Shown here: in pieces, positions 33,788 through 43,177 of the stretch
How the letters are laid out: every line of letters begins with the position of its first letter
Numbering within the stretch: position 1 is the stretch's first letter
Origin: a virus
Taxonomy: Duplodnaviria > Heunggongvirae > Uroviricota > Caudoviricetes
DNA: 64,000 nt
IMG/VR virus record: IMGVR_UViG_2513237141_000003
Location: 1-64,000 of that record
Direction: 5' to 3' (one strand)
Position numbers and translations under genes: made by a program
Notes under the pieces: model-generated
The model's input: only the letters and a program-made list of their open reading frames with translations
What the model was told of the DNA's origin: nothing
Databases searched by the model: none

Positions 33788-34594
33788 TTACTCGATAACA
33801 GCCTTGATCTCATCGATCACGGCGTCCCACAGCTCGTTGTAGGTGCCGCCGGTTGGCACTTCGTCTTGCTCGTCGGGGCCGAGGTCACGGTAGTGGCTTT
33901 TAGTGACGCTCCGGCTTTCGATCTCCGCCATCCGCTTCAGTATATTTATGAGGGCTATTGCATATGCGCTTGTCGGCCGATCGACATCTATCAATGCGTC
34001 ACGGTAACGCTGCAACGGTCCAAGACTTGGGACCACTGCGAAGAACTGCGATGGAGGCCCGTCGGTCTCGTCGAAGACGTTGACGATGGTTATCGGATCG
34101 CCGTCCTTGTCGCGCTTGCCGGTATCGATCACGACGGTGATGGTGATGCCTTGGTCACCGGCGTAGCGTTCGATCGAGTCGATCGTTCCCTTCGCGCCTG
34201 GCTCGACCTCTTGGTAGGCGCCCTCGTGGTCTTCGCCCGAGCAGTCACAGAGCATGCGGACGGCCTGTCCGACGCTGAAGCCGAAGGCTTCCTTGAGTGT
34301 GCCGGTCTCTGGCTCCTCCTTGCTGTCGAGCTTCTGCAGGGTCTCGATCAGGTCCCGGGACGCCTTCGCGTCCTCCTCCCGGCCGTTCTCGTCGTCGATG
34401 CCATGCATAAGGCTCAGGGCTGCGATGATGTGGTCGCCGTGATCCAGAAAGATCTTCTCGATCGCCTGTAGTCGGTCGATCTCGGCGAGAGCGAGGTCCG
34501 CCTGCTTATCGGGCTGATCATATGCATCCTCCGGCACCACAATGTTGAGTGCGGAGAGAATGCTATCGGTGAAGTCGGTGCAGCTGTAGGTCAC
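33788..34594 (-). CDS. hypothetical protein
   Basis: 268 aa; GGAGGAAC SD. Confidence 0.55.
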   Translation of the reverse strand: MTYSCTDFTDSILSALNIVVPEDAYDQPDKQADLALAEIDRLQAIEKIFLDHGDHIIAALSLMHGIDDENGREEDAKASRDLIETLQKLDSKEEPETGTLKEAFGFSVGQAVRMLCDCSGEDHEGAYQEVEPGAKGTIDSIERYAGDQGITITVVIDTGKRDKDGDPITIVNVFDETDGPPSQFFAVVPSLGPLQRYRDALIDVDRPTSAYAIALINILKRMAEIESRSVTKSHYRDLGPDEQDEVPTGGTYNELWDAVIDEIKAVIE

Positions 34595-34607
34595 GACTGT
34601 TCCTCCT

Positions 34608-34709
34608 TCAAAACAAGAGCCAGAACAGCAGCGCGACGAGGACGCCGATGACGCCGATGATAATCAGCAGCGCGTAAAGCGGCGCGCTATCCGACATGCG
34701 ATAGTTCAT
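34608..34709 (-). CDS. 33-aa hydrophobic micro-peptide (MNYRMSDSAPLYALLIIIGVIGVLVALLFWLLF)
   Basis: own cassette; same MNY start as the 3312-3413 peptide. Confidence 0.4.
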   Translation of the reverse strand: MNYRMSDSAPLYALLIIIGVIGVLVALLFWLLF

Positions 34710-34716
34710 GATGGTT

Positions 34717-34746
34717 GGTCTCCTTGTGATAGGGCCTGCGAAGCCC
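34717..34746 (-). promoter_or_regulatory. hairpin-SD cassette
   Basis: gggcCTGCGAAgccc; micro-peptide gene. Confidence 0.6.
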
Positions 34747-34750
34747 GTTG

Positions 34751-35149
34751 CTAGTGAGTCTTCTTTTCGATGGTGCCGCGATCAAGAAGAACGGGAGCGA
34801 ACTTGCGGCAGTAGGCCTCCCTGTTCCTGGACGCCGTGGCCATATAGTCGACAGTCTCGTTGACGAAGCGCGTCACCTCCGGAATGAGCATGGCGCGGTC
34901 GTAGTCAGTACCCATGCCAACCTTGAGGGCCTCGATAGCTGCGGTGCCGATTCTGTCGTCGACACCCATCTGGTCGCCGAGCTTGCTGAGCGACCCTCGG
35001 ACGACAGAGTATCCGCAGATATTCGCGACTGAGAGCGAACCGAGCTCGATCGTGATGTAGGATTTCTCCTCATCCGTCAGCGGCGCTGCGCTTGCCGGTG
35101 AGATGATGATTGACGCAATAAGTGCCGTGACAGCTATAAGCTTGTTCAT
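34751..35149 (-). CDS. secreted hypothetical protein
   Basis: signal peptide MNKLIAVTALIASIIISPASA; cassette upstream. Confidence 0.5.
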   Translation of the reverse strand: MNKLIAVTALIASIIISPASAAPLTDEEKSYITIELGSLSVANICGYSVVRGSLSKLGDQMGVDDRIGTAAIEALKVGMGTDYDRAMLIPEVTRFVNETVDYMATASRNREAYCRKFAPVLLDRGTIEKKTH

Positions 35150-35156
35150 TGGCTTT

Positions 35157-35183
35157 GGTCTCCTTGGTGGGCCTGCGAAGCCC
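35157..35183 (-). promoter_or_regulatory. hairpin-SD cassette (hairpin identical to 34732-34746)
   Basis: gggcCTGCGAAgccc. Confidence 0.6.
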
Positions 35184-35192
35184 GGCTGGTGA

Positions 35193-35432
35193 TTAGAGGT
35201 TCCTGACGATGACATCGTTGCGGTAGGCGGCCATCCGCTTGGAATTGCCGCCAGAGCGAACGACGCCGCGGCCAAGCGAACCGCCGGTCTTTTCCTCGAA
35301 CTTGTCGGCGATGTAGCGCCGCAGCTCGTGGCCGTCCCAGTCCTCCGGCATTCGAGGGATGTTCTCGATGATCTCCTCCACGATGGCGGTCGTCAGATCG
35401 TTGACGAACTGGATCTTGGTTGGCGCATCCAT
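35193..35432 (-). CDS. hypothetical protein
   Basis: cassette variant upstream. Confidence 0.5.
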   Translation of the reverse strand: MDAPTKIQFVNDLTTAIVEEIIENIPRMPEDWDGHELRRYIADKFEEKTGGSLGRGVVRSGGNSKRMAAYRNDVIVRNL

Positions 35433-35436
35433 TGCT

Positions 35437-35467
35437 GGTCTCCTTACGTATTGGGTCTGCGAACCCG
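35437..35467 (-). promoter_or_regulatory. hairpin-SD cassette (SD variant ggtctcctta)
   Basis: gggtCTGCGAAccc. Confidence 0.5.
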
Positions 35468-35950
35468 GTTGAAGTGGTCGAGCCACTCACGGAGTTGGTG
35501 GCGTTGCTCGCCGATGCCTCCGTGGGTGCGGGTGATGTCGGCATCGGCCGCGATCCAGCCTTCTTGCTGGAAATGGCCGATGTAGTGGTCGAGCACCCGG
35601 CGATATTCCGATCCCGCCGCCACCAGGATGCGCCGCCGAGCGGGGCGCATCTGTTGCTGGTGCGAGAGGGGCATGAATGTGTCGGATGCCTTGGTGAGGC
35701 CGCGCCGCTCCATGAAGGTGTCGGCGCGGCCCGGCGTCAGCCGCTGTTCGTACGGCTGTATCCACCGCTGGGCTTCAATGAAGCCGTACTCGGCTGAGAG
35801 GACGTAGACATCCGTCCAGTCGAACGCGCCGCGGTGCGTCTTGAGCGTGAGCCACATCGGCCCTTGGTAGAGCCGATGTGGTGGGCCTGGGTCTTTGCTC
35901 TTGGTGGCGCTACAGGCCATGAAGATGGCGGCGTCGCTATAGCGCCGCAT
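35444..35950 (-). CDS. hypothetical protein
   Basis: overlaps the upstream MTase stop. Confidence 0.5.
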   Translation of the reverse strand: MRRYSDAAIFMACSATKSKDPGPPHRLYQGPMWLTLKTHRGAFDWTDVYVLSAEYGFIEAQRWIQPYEQRLTPGRADTFMERRGLTKASDTFMPLSHQQQMRPARRRILVAAGSEYRRVLDHYIGHFQQEGWIAADADITRTHGGIGEQRHQLREWLDHFNRVRRPNT

Positions 35951-37742
35951 CGATCACGACCAGGGCGGTGTTGACCATCGTGCCGGACTCCTTGAACGTG
36001 CCGGCAGGAAGGTCACGCCACTCGACCGCGATCGGCTGAAGCTTGGCGCGCTGGCGCGGACCGTTGGCGCAGATCGCCACGATCCGGCCGCCCGGCCTTA
36101 ACAAGGTCCGCGCGTGCTCGATGTGGCGGATGTCTGCGCCGTTCTCGAATGGCGGGTTCATCACGATGCGGTCGAACTTCGCATCCTGCGTGCAGCCTGC
36201 CATGTCGAGAAAGTCCGCATTGACGACGGTCACGCCCGGGAAGCGTTGCGCCAGACCCTGCGCCAGCTGCGGATTGATCTCGACGGCGACCGCGCTCAGG
36301 CAGCCATCGACTGATCGGCGGGCGACATCAAGCAGCATGCCAGTGCCGGCGCTTGGCTCCAGCAAACGATGACCATCCTGCAAGTCGGCCAGCTCCGCCA
36401 CCTCTTCAGCCAGCGACGCTGGCGTCGGGAACAGTTGCGGAGCGGTAACGACCTGCACGCCGCCATTACGGAGAGTATCTGCCATGGCTTCGAACGACGA
36501 GGCTTCCGGCTTTTCCGTTTGCTCGGTGCGAGGCGGGCGGGCGACGAACTCCCGCACGAACTCGGCGGGCTCGGTCTTTTTCGGTTCCTGGTGTGCCTTG
36601 CTGTCGGTCAGGAACACGCTCACAAGGCTGTGCTTGATCATGGCCGTCCGGAAGCGGTGCAGCTTGTCCGACCCCAATCGCACGCCGCGATAGTCGTTAT
36701 TGATCTTGGCGTATTCCGCCTTTGTCATCTCGACCTGGGGGTAGGTGATCGTGCGGCCCCGGTCGTACTGGTTCTCCGTCGTGATGGCGCCGCCGGTTGC
36801 GCGGTAGTTGAGAAGCGGCATCAATTCCCGACGAGGCTTTGGCGCCAGCAGCTGGGTTGCGCCCTGTTCCTCAAGCATGGCGCGTTCGTAGGCCAAGCGG
36901 TTGTCGTAATGTTCGATCCAGCGGTCGCACTGCTCGATCGATCGCGGGTAAACCCGCTTTGCATGCTCGACGACCTCGGCCACGGTGCGCGGCGCGTAGA
37001 GGTTGGGGTAGCGGTTTGTCAGTCCGTCAGATGCTGTCGGACGCTGATCGAAATCCGGCTTGTCTCCTTCCTTGCGTGGCAGATGAAGCCAACAGCGATC
37101 TGCGATGGCGATCGCAATTTTCATTTGCTTGTCGGCATCCGCCTCACCCCCGCAAGCGGTCCAGAGCTTAAGCCACATTTCGGACTCAGCCTTGCTGCGC
37201 TCGCTCTTGCGCTTGTCGGCTTCAATGGTCTTGATGCGACGCGCGCGCACCTCCGGCAGTTCCTTGTACTTGGCATGCCGGACGGCGCCAGCGGCGCGCG
37301 CCGTCCAATATTGCGAGGTGCGCCACATCTTGACGGCCTTGCGCATGCCGTTCTCGATCCGCTCCGCATCCCTGCGTGCGTGCTTCTCGGAATGGTGACC
37401 CACGAGGATGGGTTGGCCAAGCGGGATATTGTCCGCGATCGCATCGACGGTGGCCTTTGCGCGATTGGCGTCGGCCATCCGCTTGTCGCTATAGTCCTCG
37501 AAGCGCTCTGCGCGCTCCTCGGCGCGGTCGATCAAGCTTGTGTCCTCGTCTCCGATCTCCTCGCAGAGTTCGGTCAACAGGTCCTCACGATCCGGCGTCC
37601 ACATGGGCGCAACGAATAGCTCTTGCTTCGGCGCCCACTTGAAGCCGGCGGCTTTCACGCGGGCATAGGTCTCGGCGTCGAGACGGGTCGAGGCATAGAG
37701 GCGGAGCTTGTTGTCGTCGGGGGAATAGGTGGCATTCATCAT
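35937..37742 (-). CDS. orphan N6-adenine DNA methyltransferase with ~450-aa N-terminal domain
   Basis: C-terminal motif I LEPSAGTG then motif IV NPPF (gamma-like order); no adjacent restriction-enzyme gene; cassette upstream. Confidence 0.8.
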   Translation of the reverse strand: MMNATYSPDDNKLRLYASTRLDAETYARVKAAGFKWAPKQELFVAPMWTPDREDLLTELCEEIGDEDTSLIDRAEERAERFEDYSDKRMADANRAKATVDAIADNIPLGQPILVGHHSEKHARRDAERIENGMRKAVKMWRTSQYWTARAAGAVRHAKYKELPEVRARRIKTIEADKRKSERSKAESEMWLKLWTACGGEADADKQMKIAIAIADRCWLHLPRKEGDKPDFDQRPTASDGLTNRYPNLYAPRTVAEVVEHAKRVYPRSIEQCDRWIEHYDNRLAYERAMLEEQGATQLLAPKPRRELMPLLNYRATGGAITTENQYDRGRTITYPQVEMTKAEYAKINNDYRGVRLGSDKLHRFRTAMIKHSLVSVFLTDSKAHQEPKKTEPAEFVREFVARPPRTEQTEKPEASSFEAMADTLRNGGVQVVTAPQLFPTPASLAEEVAELADLQDGHRLLEPSAGTGMLLDVARRSVDGCLSAVAVEINPQLAQGLAQRFPGVTVVNADFLDMAGCTQDAKFDRIVMNPPFENGADIRHIEHARTLLRPGGRIVAICANGPRQRAKLQPIAVEWRDLPAGTFKESGTMVNTALVVIDAAL

Positions 37743-37747
37743 TGATT

Positions 37748-37779
37748 GGTCTCCTTGAGTTATCCCGCTGCGAACGGGG
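37748..37779 (-). promoter_or_regulatory. hairpin-SD cassette
   Basis: cccgCTGCGAAcggg; MTase gene. Confidence 0.6.
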
Positions 37780-37783
37780 GTGG

Positions 37784-38161
37784 TTAGGCAGTGAGGAAGG
37801 TCAGGCCCTTGTCGAGCGCTCCAACGAAGTCGGTCAGCGTGTACTTGATCGTGGTCGCCTTCTGCCGATGGAATTGATTGATGGAGCCGACGACACAGAA
37901 CTCGTCGGGGTAGGTCGCATCGGACCTGCTGCTTGTGTGCCAGTGGCCGAGATAGGCGCCGATCTTCTCGGAACCGTCGAAGTGCATCATGCACTGGTAT
38001 GGTCCGCAGATCAGTTCGAGGCCGATCTCGCGAGGGCCGTTGAACTCATGCAGCTCGATGGTCGCGCCGTGCTTGTCGGCGATGGTGCGAACGGCGTCGA
38101 GACACTGCTGGCGTCCCTTCTTCGTGGCGCACAGGCGGTCGTACTCATTGTGTCGTGACAT
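37784..38161 (-). CDS. hypothetical protein
   Basis: cassette upstream. Confidence 0.5.
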   Translation of the reverse strand: MSRHNEYDRLCATKKGRQQCLDAVRTIADKHGATIELHEFNGPREIGLELICGPYQCMMHFDGSEKIGAYLGHWHTSSRSDATYPDEFCVVGSINQFHRQKATTIKYTLTDFVGALDKGLTFLTA

Positions 38162-38165
38162 TGGT

Positions 38166-38211
38166 GGTCTCCTTGCGATGGTGGGGCGCGGCCGCTGCGA
38201 ACGGCCGCGCG
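38166..38211 (-). promoter_or_regulatory. hairpin-SD cassette
   Basis: gcgcggccgCTGCGAAcggccgcgc (9-bp stem). Confidence 0.6.
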
Positions 38212-38219
38212 TTGAGGGA

Positions 38220-38831
38220 TCAGCAGGTTGCGAAGTACTCTTCCGGATTGGCGATGCTGTAGATTCTGGTCTCATCGTTATTCCACGCCACCGTGATTGT
38301 GGCGCTGGCTATCTCCTCGACCTTGCCGGTCTGACGATAATGGTTTGGTGAGATCCCCTTCCAGCGCCAGACCTTGCTGTCCTTGCTGATGAACTGCTTC
38401 CACCCGCTGCCGACGTACCTGCCATCGTAGAGGCGCTCCAGATAGGCGCAGACGAGAGGGGTGATGTCGGTGAAGGCTTTCGAGAGATCATCAGCCGACA
38501 GATCGCCGCTCGCGACATCCTCGGCATCAACGCAGAGGCCATAGATTTCGCTCGCCGGGACCGGGTAGTCCTTGATGTCGCTATCCTCGGCATAATCGCC
38601 GATGATAGCGACGCGATCGCCGCCCCAGCGACCGACGATGTCGTCGGGATCATTTTCACCGAAATCGCCGCCGCCGCGCCCGTTAGACACGGCAAGCAGG
38701 ATGGTGAGCGCATCCTGTATGCCGCCGGGGCCGCCGTTGAGTTGCTCCCAGAGCTTGAGCCCGTTGCCAAGATCGTGCGGCATGAGAAACTCGCGCTTCG
38801 TGAGGTTTACAGTCTTATGGTACTGACCCAT
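38220..38831 (-). CDS. hypothetical protein
   Basis: double-hairpin cassette upstream. Confidence 0.55.
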   Translation of the reverse strand: MGQYHKTVNLTKREFLMPHDLGNGLKLWEQLNGGPGGIQDALTILLAVSNGRGGGDFGENDPDDIVGRWGGDRVAIIGDYAEDSDIKDYPVPASEIYGLCVDAEDVASGDLSADDLSKAFTDITPLVCAYLERLYDGRYVGSGWKQFISKDSKVWRWKGISPNHYRQTGKVEEIASATITVAWNNDETRIYSIANPEEYFATC

Positions 38832-38834
38832 GGT

Positions 38835-38915
38835 TGGTCTCCTTGGTGTGATCCCGGCTGCGACCGGGGAGGGGGAGTGAAACCACGCGACGGCCTGCGA
38901 AACCGTCGCGCGGGT
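38835..38915 (-). promoter_or_regulatory. hairpin-SD cassette with two tandem hairpins
   Basis: cccggCTGCGACcggg and cgacggcCTGCGAAaccgtcg. Confidence 0.55.
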
Positions 38916-38917
38916 GA

Positions 38918-39187
38918 TCAGAAGTAGCAGTGACGGAAAACCAGGTTCCCGTCAGTTGAGGTGATGTAACCGCGCACACGGCGGCCACGGTGGTTGCAGT
39001 AGGCGGGGATCGAGAAGTAGGTGTCGGCCTCGCCGGTCACGAAAGCGGTGACACGCATGTCACCGGCAATCGACTCCCATTGGCAGTTCTCGATCTTGGC
39101 GAGGGAGGGACCGCCGATCCAGTCGGCGTACCAGACGGTGGCGCCGTCTGACTGGCTCTCGGAGCGATCACAGCGGACGCGGACCAT
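38918..39187 (-). CDS. hypothetical protein
   Basis: GGAGG SD. Confidence 0.5.
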   Translation of the reverse strand: MVRVRCDRSESQSDGATVWYADWIGGPSLAKIENCQWESIAGDMRVTAFVTGEADTYFSIPAYCNHRGRRVRGYITSTDGNLVFRHCYF

Positions 39188-39188
39188 G

Positions 39189-39440
39189 TCACGCCTCCTT
39201 CCGCATCGACTGCGTGATCATGTGCAGCATCTCGTCCTCGGTCACGCCGAGGCGCGAGTTCATGTGGCGGACGAAGGCCTCGACCGAGAGGCCGGACGAC
39301 GCGATGGTCGGCAGCGAGCCGTCGTCGAGATCGGTCGTGTAGTAGCCGGTCTCGCCGCGCTTGACGATGCCGATGCGCTCGCCGCGCTCGGCGGCGGGGA
39401 CGACGATGTAGCAGAGGGGCGGGTTCATTTTGACGGTCAT
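39189..39440 (-). CDS. hypothetical protein
   Basis: coupled. Confidence 0.5.
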   Translation of the reverse strand: MTVKMNPPLCYIVVPAAERGERIGIVKRGETGYYTTDLDDGSLPTIASSGLSVEAFVRHMNSRLGVTEDEMLHMITQSMRKEA

Positions 39441-39443
39441 GGG

Positions 39444-40037
39444 TCAGGCCTCCAGACGCCAGAAGGCGTCGCTGTTGATCGATGGGGCGGGATACATGTC
39501 GGGGCGCGAGGCCTCGACTTCGGCGGCGAATGCATCGTTGAGGCGAGCGTTGATCTCGTCCGCCAATTCGTCGGCGACCTCGACGTGATAGTCGTGGCAA
39601 TCGCTCTCGATGCCCCAGAGCGACTCCTGCTCGTCGCTCTTGACCTCCTCGATGATGATGCCGACGTAGGACCAGTCATCGTTGAGCCAGCCGGCGAGGT
39701 ATTGAAAGTCCTGCTCGACGGCCTCACGGACGATCTGCTTGCGTGAGGGCTTGCGACCGAGCTTGCGTTCCAGCTTGGCAAGGTCTTTCTCGCCAAGGCC
39801 CCAGCCGTCGCGCTTGGCGATGCGTGTCGCCTCCGCGAAATCGTAGAAGTAGGCGCCCCAGCGGGTGCGATGCAGGAGGCGCTCGCCCGGGGACTTGGCG
39901 TCGCCATAGTGATCCTCGCGCACCGGGCCATGGCAATCGTGCTCCTTCCATGGCGGCCCCATGCTATCATCGTGCACGGTCTTGAAGCGAAACTTGCGCC
40001 CGCCTCGTTCGAACACGTCTCCATCGAATAGGTTCAT
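39444..40037 (-). CDS. hypothetical protein
   Basis: cassette upstream. Confidence 0.55.
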   Translation of the reverse strand: MNLFDGDVFERGGRKFRFKTVHDDSMGPPWKEHDCHGPVREDHYGDAKSPGERLLHRTRWGAYFYDFAEATRIAKRDGWGLGEKDLAKLERKLGRKPSRKQIVREAVEQDFQYLAGWLNDDWSYVGIIIEEVKSDEQESLWGIESDCHDYHVEVADELADEINARLNDAFAAEVEASRPDMYPAPSINSDAFWRLEA

Positions 40038-40041
40038 GATT

Positions 40042-40091
40042 GGTCTCCTTGGTGGTGGGTGAAACCGCATCGCCGGCTCTGCGAAAGCCGG
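40042..40091 (-). promoter_or_regulatory. hairpin-SD cassette
   Basis: gccggctCTGCGAAagccggc. Confidence 0.6.
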
Positions 40092-40107
40092 CGCGCGGGG
40101 CGGTTCC

Positions 40108-40413
40108 TTATGCGACCTCCTTGACGTTCTCGGCGGTGCGGCCTGAGACGGTCACCTTGGTAACCGGCGTCTTGGTGGTGTTGGCCTTGATGAACTGGCG
40201 CGAGAGCTTGGCTCGCGCCGCCTTCATGTCCAGCTTGGACTGCTCGTACTCGCTCACGGTGGCGCGGTAGAAATCGCCCTCGTAACTGCCGGCGCCCATG
40301 GCCTTGATCTGCTCGTAGATCGGCTCGGCCTTGAGCTTGAGATCGGCGATCTGGGCCTGGATCAGGCCGTACTCGTCGATTAGGGGTCCGATGTTGGATT
40401 TGGGCATGGGCAT
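40108..40413 (-). CDS. hypothetical protein
   Basis: GGAGGTG SD; alternative ATG at 40407. Confidence 0.5.
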   Translation of the reverse strand: MPMPKSNIGPLIDEYGLIQAQIADLKLKAEPIYEQIKAMGAGSYEGDFYRATVSEYEQSKLDMKAARAKLSRQFIKANTTKTPVTKVTVSGRTAENVKEVA

Positions 40414-40616
40414 CACACCTCCGCCTCGAAGTGCATCTCGGACAGGCGGATCGCTGTTGCGAAGTCGCCCGCCGGAACGGCATGACGCAGGTCCGTCAGG
40501 AGATCGGTCAGGACCTGAGACAGCGGCGCGCCGTCATCTCGTGTCTCGACACCGGGGATGCGCTCATAGGCTGCGAGCACGGCATTGCCGTTCCGCATGC
40601 GGTCGTGGTTCGACAT
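40413..40616 (-). CDS. hypothetical protein
   Basis: cassette upstream. Confidence 0.45.
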   Translation of the reverse strand: MSNHDRMRNGNAVLAAYERIPGVETRDDGAPLSQVLTDLLTDLRHAVPAGDFATAIRLSEMHFEAEV

Positions 40617-40623
40617 GATGGTT

Positions 40624-40666
40624 GGTCTCCTTGGATCGGGGAATAGCCCGCGCTGCGAACGCGGGC
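40624..40666 (-). promoter_or_regulatory. hairpin-SD cassette
   Basis: cccgcgCTGCGAAcgcggg. Confidence 0.6.
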
Positions 40667-40680
40667 CGGTTGAGGAATTG

Positions 40681-41382
40681 CTACTCCGCCGCCTGGGCGA
40701 TCGGCTCACGCCGCACGAACCAGCTCGGCAGGTGTGGCGTCTCCTTCTGCTTGAAGTCGACGGGCATCAGGATGCCGAAGGCGAAGTCGCAAGCCGGGAA
40801 CAGGATCAGCGCAGGCGATGTCTCCGGCTTGTGCTCGGCGGAGCAGAGGATGCGCAATGCGTCCTTGCGGTCGCGGTTGTAATCAACCCGCGGCGGCTTC
40901 CAGCCGGTGTGCAGAGCAAGCTCGCGCGCCATCTGGGTGAAGGAAGCGAGGTGCTCGGCCTGGAACGCCGGGGCCCCGACATCTTTGAAAGCCAGCGGCA
41001 CCACGCGCCGGTAGTCGGGATAGGTGCCATCGACCCGCACGCCGTCCACGACGGCTACCCGCTTGAAGCTGGTCTCGGCCGCAGGGTCGTCGCCCTCATA
41101 CAGCGTGGCCGAGTTCTCGCCGGTGCCGATCTGGACCACGCGATAGAAGCCGGGCTTGCTCTTGCACTGCTTGAGCATATCGCCGAGGTTGACGATGGCC
41201 TTCTCGTCGGCCTTGCCGTGCTCGTCGTGGATCGAGACGAGGCGGGTGCCGTCGGTGGCGGTCAGGGTGACGCCGCGCCACGGGTGCGGCTCGACGAACA
41301 CGCCTTGCAGGTAGTAGCGGGTCTCCTCACCGGAGGCGCAGGCGAAGGCGATACGAAACAGGTTCGCATTGAAGCGTAGCAT
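40681..41382 (-). CDS. DnaN (beta sliding clamp)-like domain protein
   Basis: N-terminal LRFNANLFRIAFACASGEETRYYLQGVFVEP...LTATDGTRL resembles the clamp domain I signature; shorter than full DnaN. Confidence 0.5.
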   Translation of the reverse strand: MLRFNANLFRIAFACASGEETRYYLQGVFVEPHPWRGVTLTATDGTRLVSIHDEHGKADEKAIVNLGDMLKQCKSKPGFYRVVQIGTGENSATLYEGDDPAAETSFKRVAVVDGVRVDGTYPDYRRVVPLAFKDVGAPAFQAEHLASFTQMARELALHTGWKPPRVDYNRDRKDALRILCSAEHKPETSPALILFPACDFAFGILMPVDFKQKETPHLPSWFVRREPIAQAAE

Positions 41383-41385
41383 GGT

Positions 41386-41417
41386 GGTCTCCTTGTGATC
41401 CGCTCTGCGAAAGCGGT
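41386..41417 (-). promoter_or_regulatory. hairpin-SD cassette
   Basis: ccgctCTGCGAAagcgg; clamp-like gene. Confidence 0.6.
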
Positions 41418-41424
41418 GGTTTGG

Positions 41425-41745
41425 TCAGGCTGGGATGCAGATGAAGGAAGCCTCGCGGGCGACCTGCTGTCGCCTCGCGGTCTCCATGATGGACTGGCAG
41501 ATGCGACACGTTCTGGTGCCGCGTGATGAGACGTAGGTGTTCTTGGTGGTGCGCCTGTGGCCTCGCTTGCAGTGAGTATCGAGGCGAGGACGGCCACCGG
41601 GTCGCCCAGTCTTGGGTCGCTTCTCCCGCTTTGCCGCAAGCCGGCAGGGGCGGGAGCAATAGATCATGTGGCCGCGATGCCCGTCGTTCGCGAACGAGAA
41701 TGGCTTCTGGCATATGCGGCAAGTGCGAGTGACGACGACAGGCAT
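41425..41745 (-). CDS. HNH-like zinc-finger endonuclease
   Basis: CRICQ...HCKRGH...N...R.CRICQ; same family as 21935-22333. Confidence 0.55.
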   Translation of the reverse strand: MPVVVTRTCRICQKPFSFANDGHRGHMIYCSRPCRLAAKREKRPKTGRPGGRPRLDTHCKRGHRRTTKNTYVSSRGTRTCRICQSIMETARRQQVAREASFICIPA

Positions 41746-41748
41746 GGT

Positions 41749-42012
41749 CTATCCGGTGATCCAGTTGAAGAAAGCGGTTCCGACGATGATGCCGAGGGCG
41801 ACGTGCCCGACGGCAAAGCAGATTGCCTCGATCGGAGAGGTGGAGATGGTCTGGTCAAGCCAGAGGCGAATGCCGATCGGCTCGGGATCGCGCGCCAGCG
41901 ATTGCGGGGGCAGGGGATAGAGCCGGTGATCCTCGGCGGGGCGCGCGGGGAAGGGGTACTTGCTGGTCAGGACGATGTCACCGTCGATGACGGTATAGGC
42001 GTGATGCTTCAT
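41749..42012 (-). CDS. hypothetical protein
   Basis: cassette upstream. Confidence 0.45.
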   Translation of the reverse strand: MKHHAYTVIDGDIVLTSKYPFPARPAEDHRLYPLPPQSLARDPEPIGIRLWLDQTISTSPIEAICFAVGHVALGIIVGTAFFNWITG

Positions 42013-42016
42013 TGGT

Positions 42017-42053
42017 GGTCTCCTTGGAATGGGGCCCGCACTGCGAATGCGGT
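42017..42053 (-). promoter_or_regulatory. hairpin-SD cassette
   Basis: ccgcaCTGCGAAtgcgg. Confidence 0.6.
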
Positions 42054-42059
42054 GTTGGA

Positions 42060-42356
42060 TCAGAGCTTGATGGCTGGCGGCTTGCCGGAGCCGAGGGCGA
42101 TGCCGGCCATCGCCGCCCGGAACACGTCGCCGCACGCCTGTTCGGATGCACGGACAGCCGAGTTGAGCGCCTCGTTGCGGCCCTCTTCGACCATCTTGCG
42201 GGCGGCATCGAGCTGGTTTGCGTAGTTGAACAACTGCTCCGCCACGCGCTCGTTGCCGGTGATGTCGAAGGCGCGGGCGAGGATGTTGAGCTCGCCCGCG
42301 ATCCAGTTGAGCATCTTCGGGCCGTCAGTGAGCTTGTCGAGCGATTGAGTATCCAT
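42060..42356 (-). CDS. hypothetical protein
   Basis: AGGAGA SD. Confidence 0.5.
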   Translation of the reverse strand: MDTQSLDKLTDGPKMLNWIAGELNILARAFDITGNERVAEQLFNYANQLDAARKMVEEGRNEALNSAVRASEQACGDVFRAAMAGIALGSGKPPAIKL

Positions 42357-42366
42357 GGGGTTTCTC

Positions 42367-42654
42367 CTAGTCGTCTTCGTAGGTTGGAAGATCCGCGACC
42401 GCGTCGGCGGCGCCATCGAACAGGATGTAGGCGGCGCCGTTCTCTCGTGCGTAGGTGAAACAGGCGAACAGGTCGTCGGGGAAGGAGTTGTCGCCGTTCT
42501 CCTCGTCGCAGTACAGGAACCACCCGTACGGCGTCTGAGCGACCCAGTGAGAGAGGTTGTCCTGGCCGTCGAGACTGTCGAGCCACTCGCGTGTCGATGG
42601 CTTGAGGTGCGCCGTCGACAAATCCATGAAGGACTGGAGGTTCGGATGTGACAT
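42367..42654 (-). CDS. hypothetical acidic protein
   Basis: ORF. Confidence 0.5.
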   Translation of the reverse strand: MSHPNLQSFMDLSTAHLKPSTREWLDSLDGQDNLSHWVAQTPYGWFLYCDEENGDNSFPDDLFACFTYARENGAAYILFDGAADAVADLPTYEDD

Positions 42655-42666
42655 CGATACCTCCCC

Positions 42667-43143
42667 TCAGTACCCACTGGCCATCTGGAACGCTTCGTCC
42701 TTGGTCTTGCCGGCGGCGATGTGCTCGTCGTATGAGCGCTGCCATTTGATCCAGTGGCGAAGCTCGTCGGCACGCTCGGCCTTGAGGCCGGACTTTGCTA
42801 TATGGTCCTCGTCGCTGCCCGCCCGATTCCACGCGTTCTGCGCGACGCTGTAGCGAGCCTCGGCAATTGCCTGCGCCAAGGTGCCGTTCATGACGCATGT
42901 GGGGTACAGGTGCTTGCCGTGCTCGCCATTGATGAGGTCGGGCCCGATGGTGCGGTAGGCGACATCGCCGCTCGGCATCTGGAATGCGATCAGGACGTAA
43001 CCGAACCTGATCTCCATGTGCGGATCGCCCGCGCCGCACCAGTAATCGATACGGTGCTTGAGGTCGGCTTTCGCCTCGGTCGTGTTCGGTCCGTATCCGG
43101 GGACGCGGCCTTGGGACACGGCGACGGTCTTGGGTTTGGGCAT
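42667..43143 (-). CDS. hypothetical protein
   Basis: variant SD ggttccttg. Confidence 0.5.
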   Translation of the reverse strand: MPKPKTVAVSQGRVPGYGPNTTEAKADLKHRIDYWCGAGDPHMEIRFGYVLIAFQMPSGDVAYRTIGPDLINGEHGKHLYPTCVMNGTLAQAIAEARYSVAQNAWNRAGSDEDHIAKSGLKAERADELRHWIKWQRSYDEHIAAGKTKDEAFQMASGY

Positions 43144-43177
43144 TGGATGGTTCCTTGAGTTGAAATGGGGAAATGGA

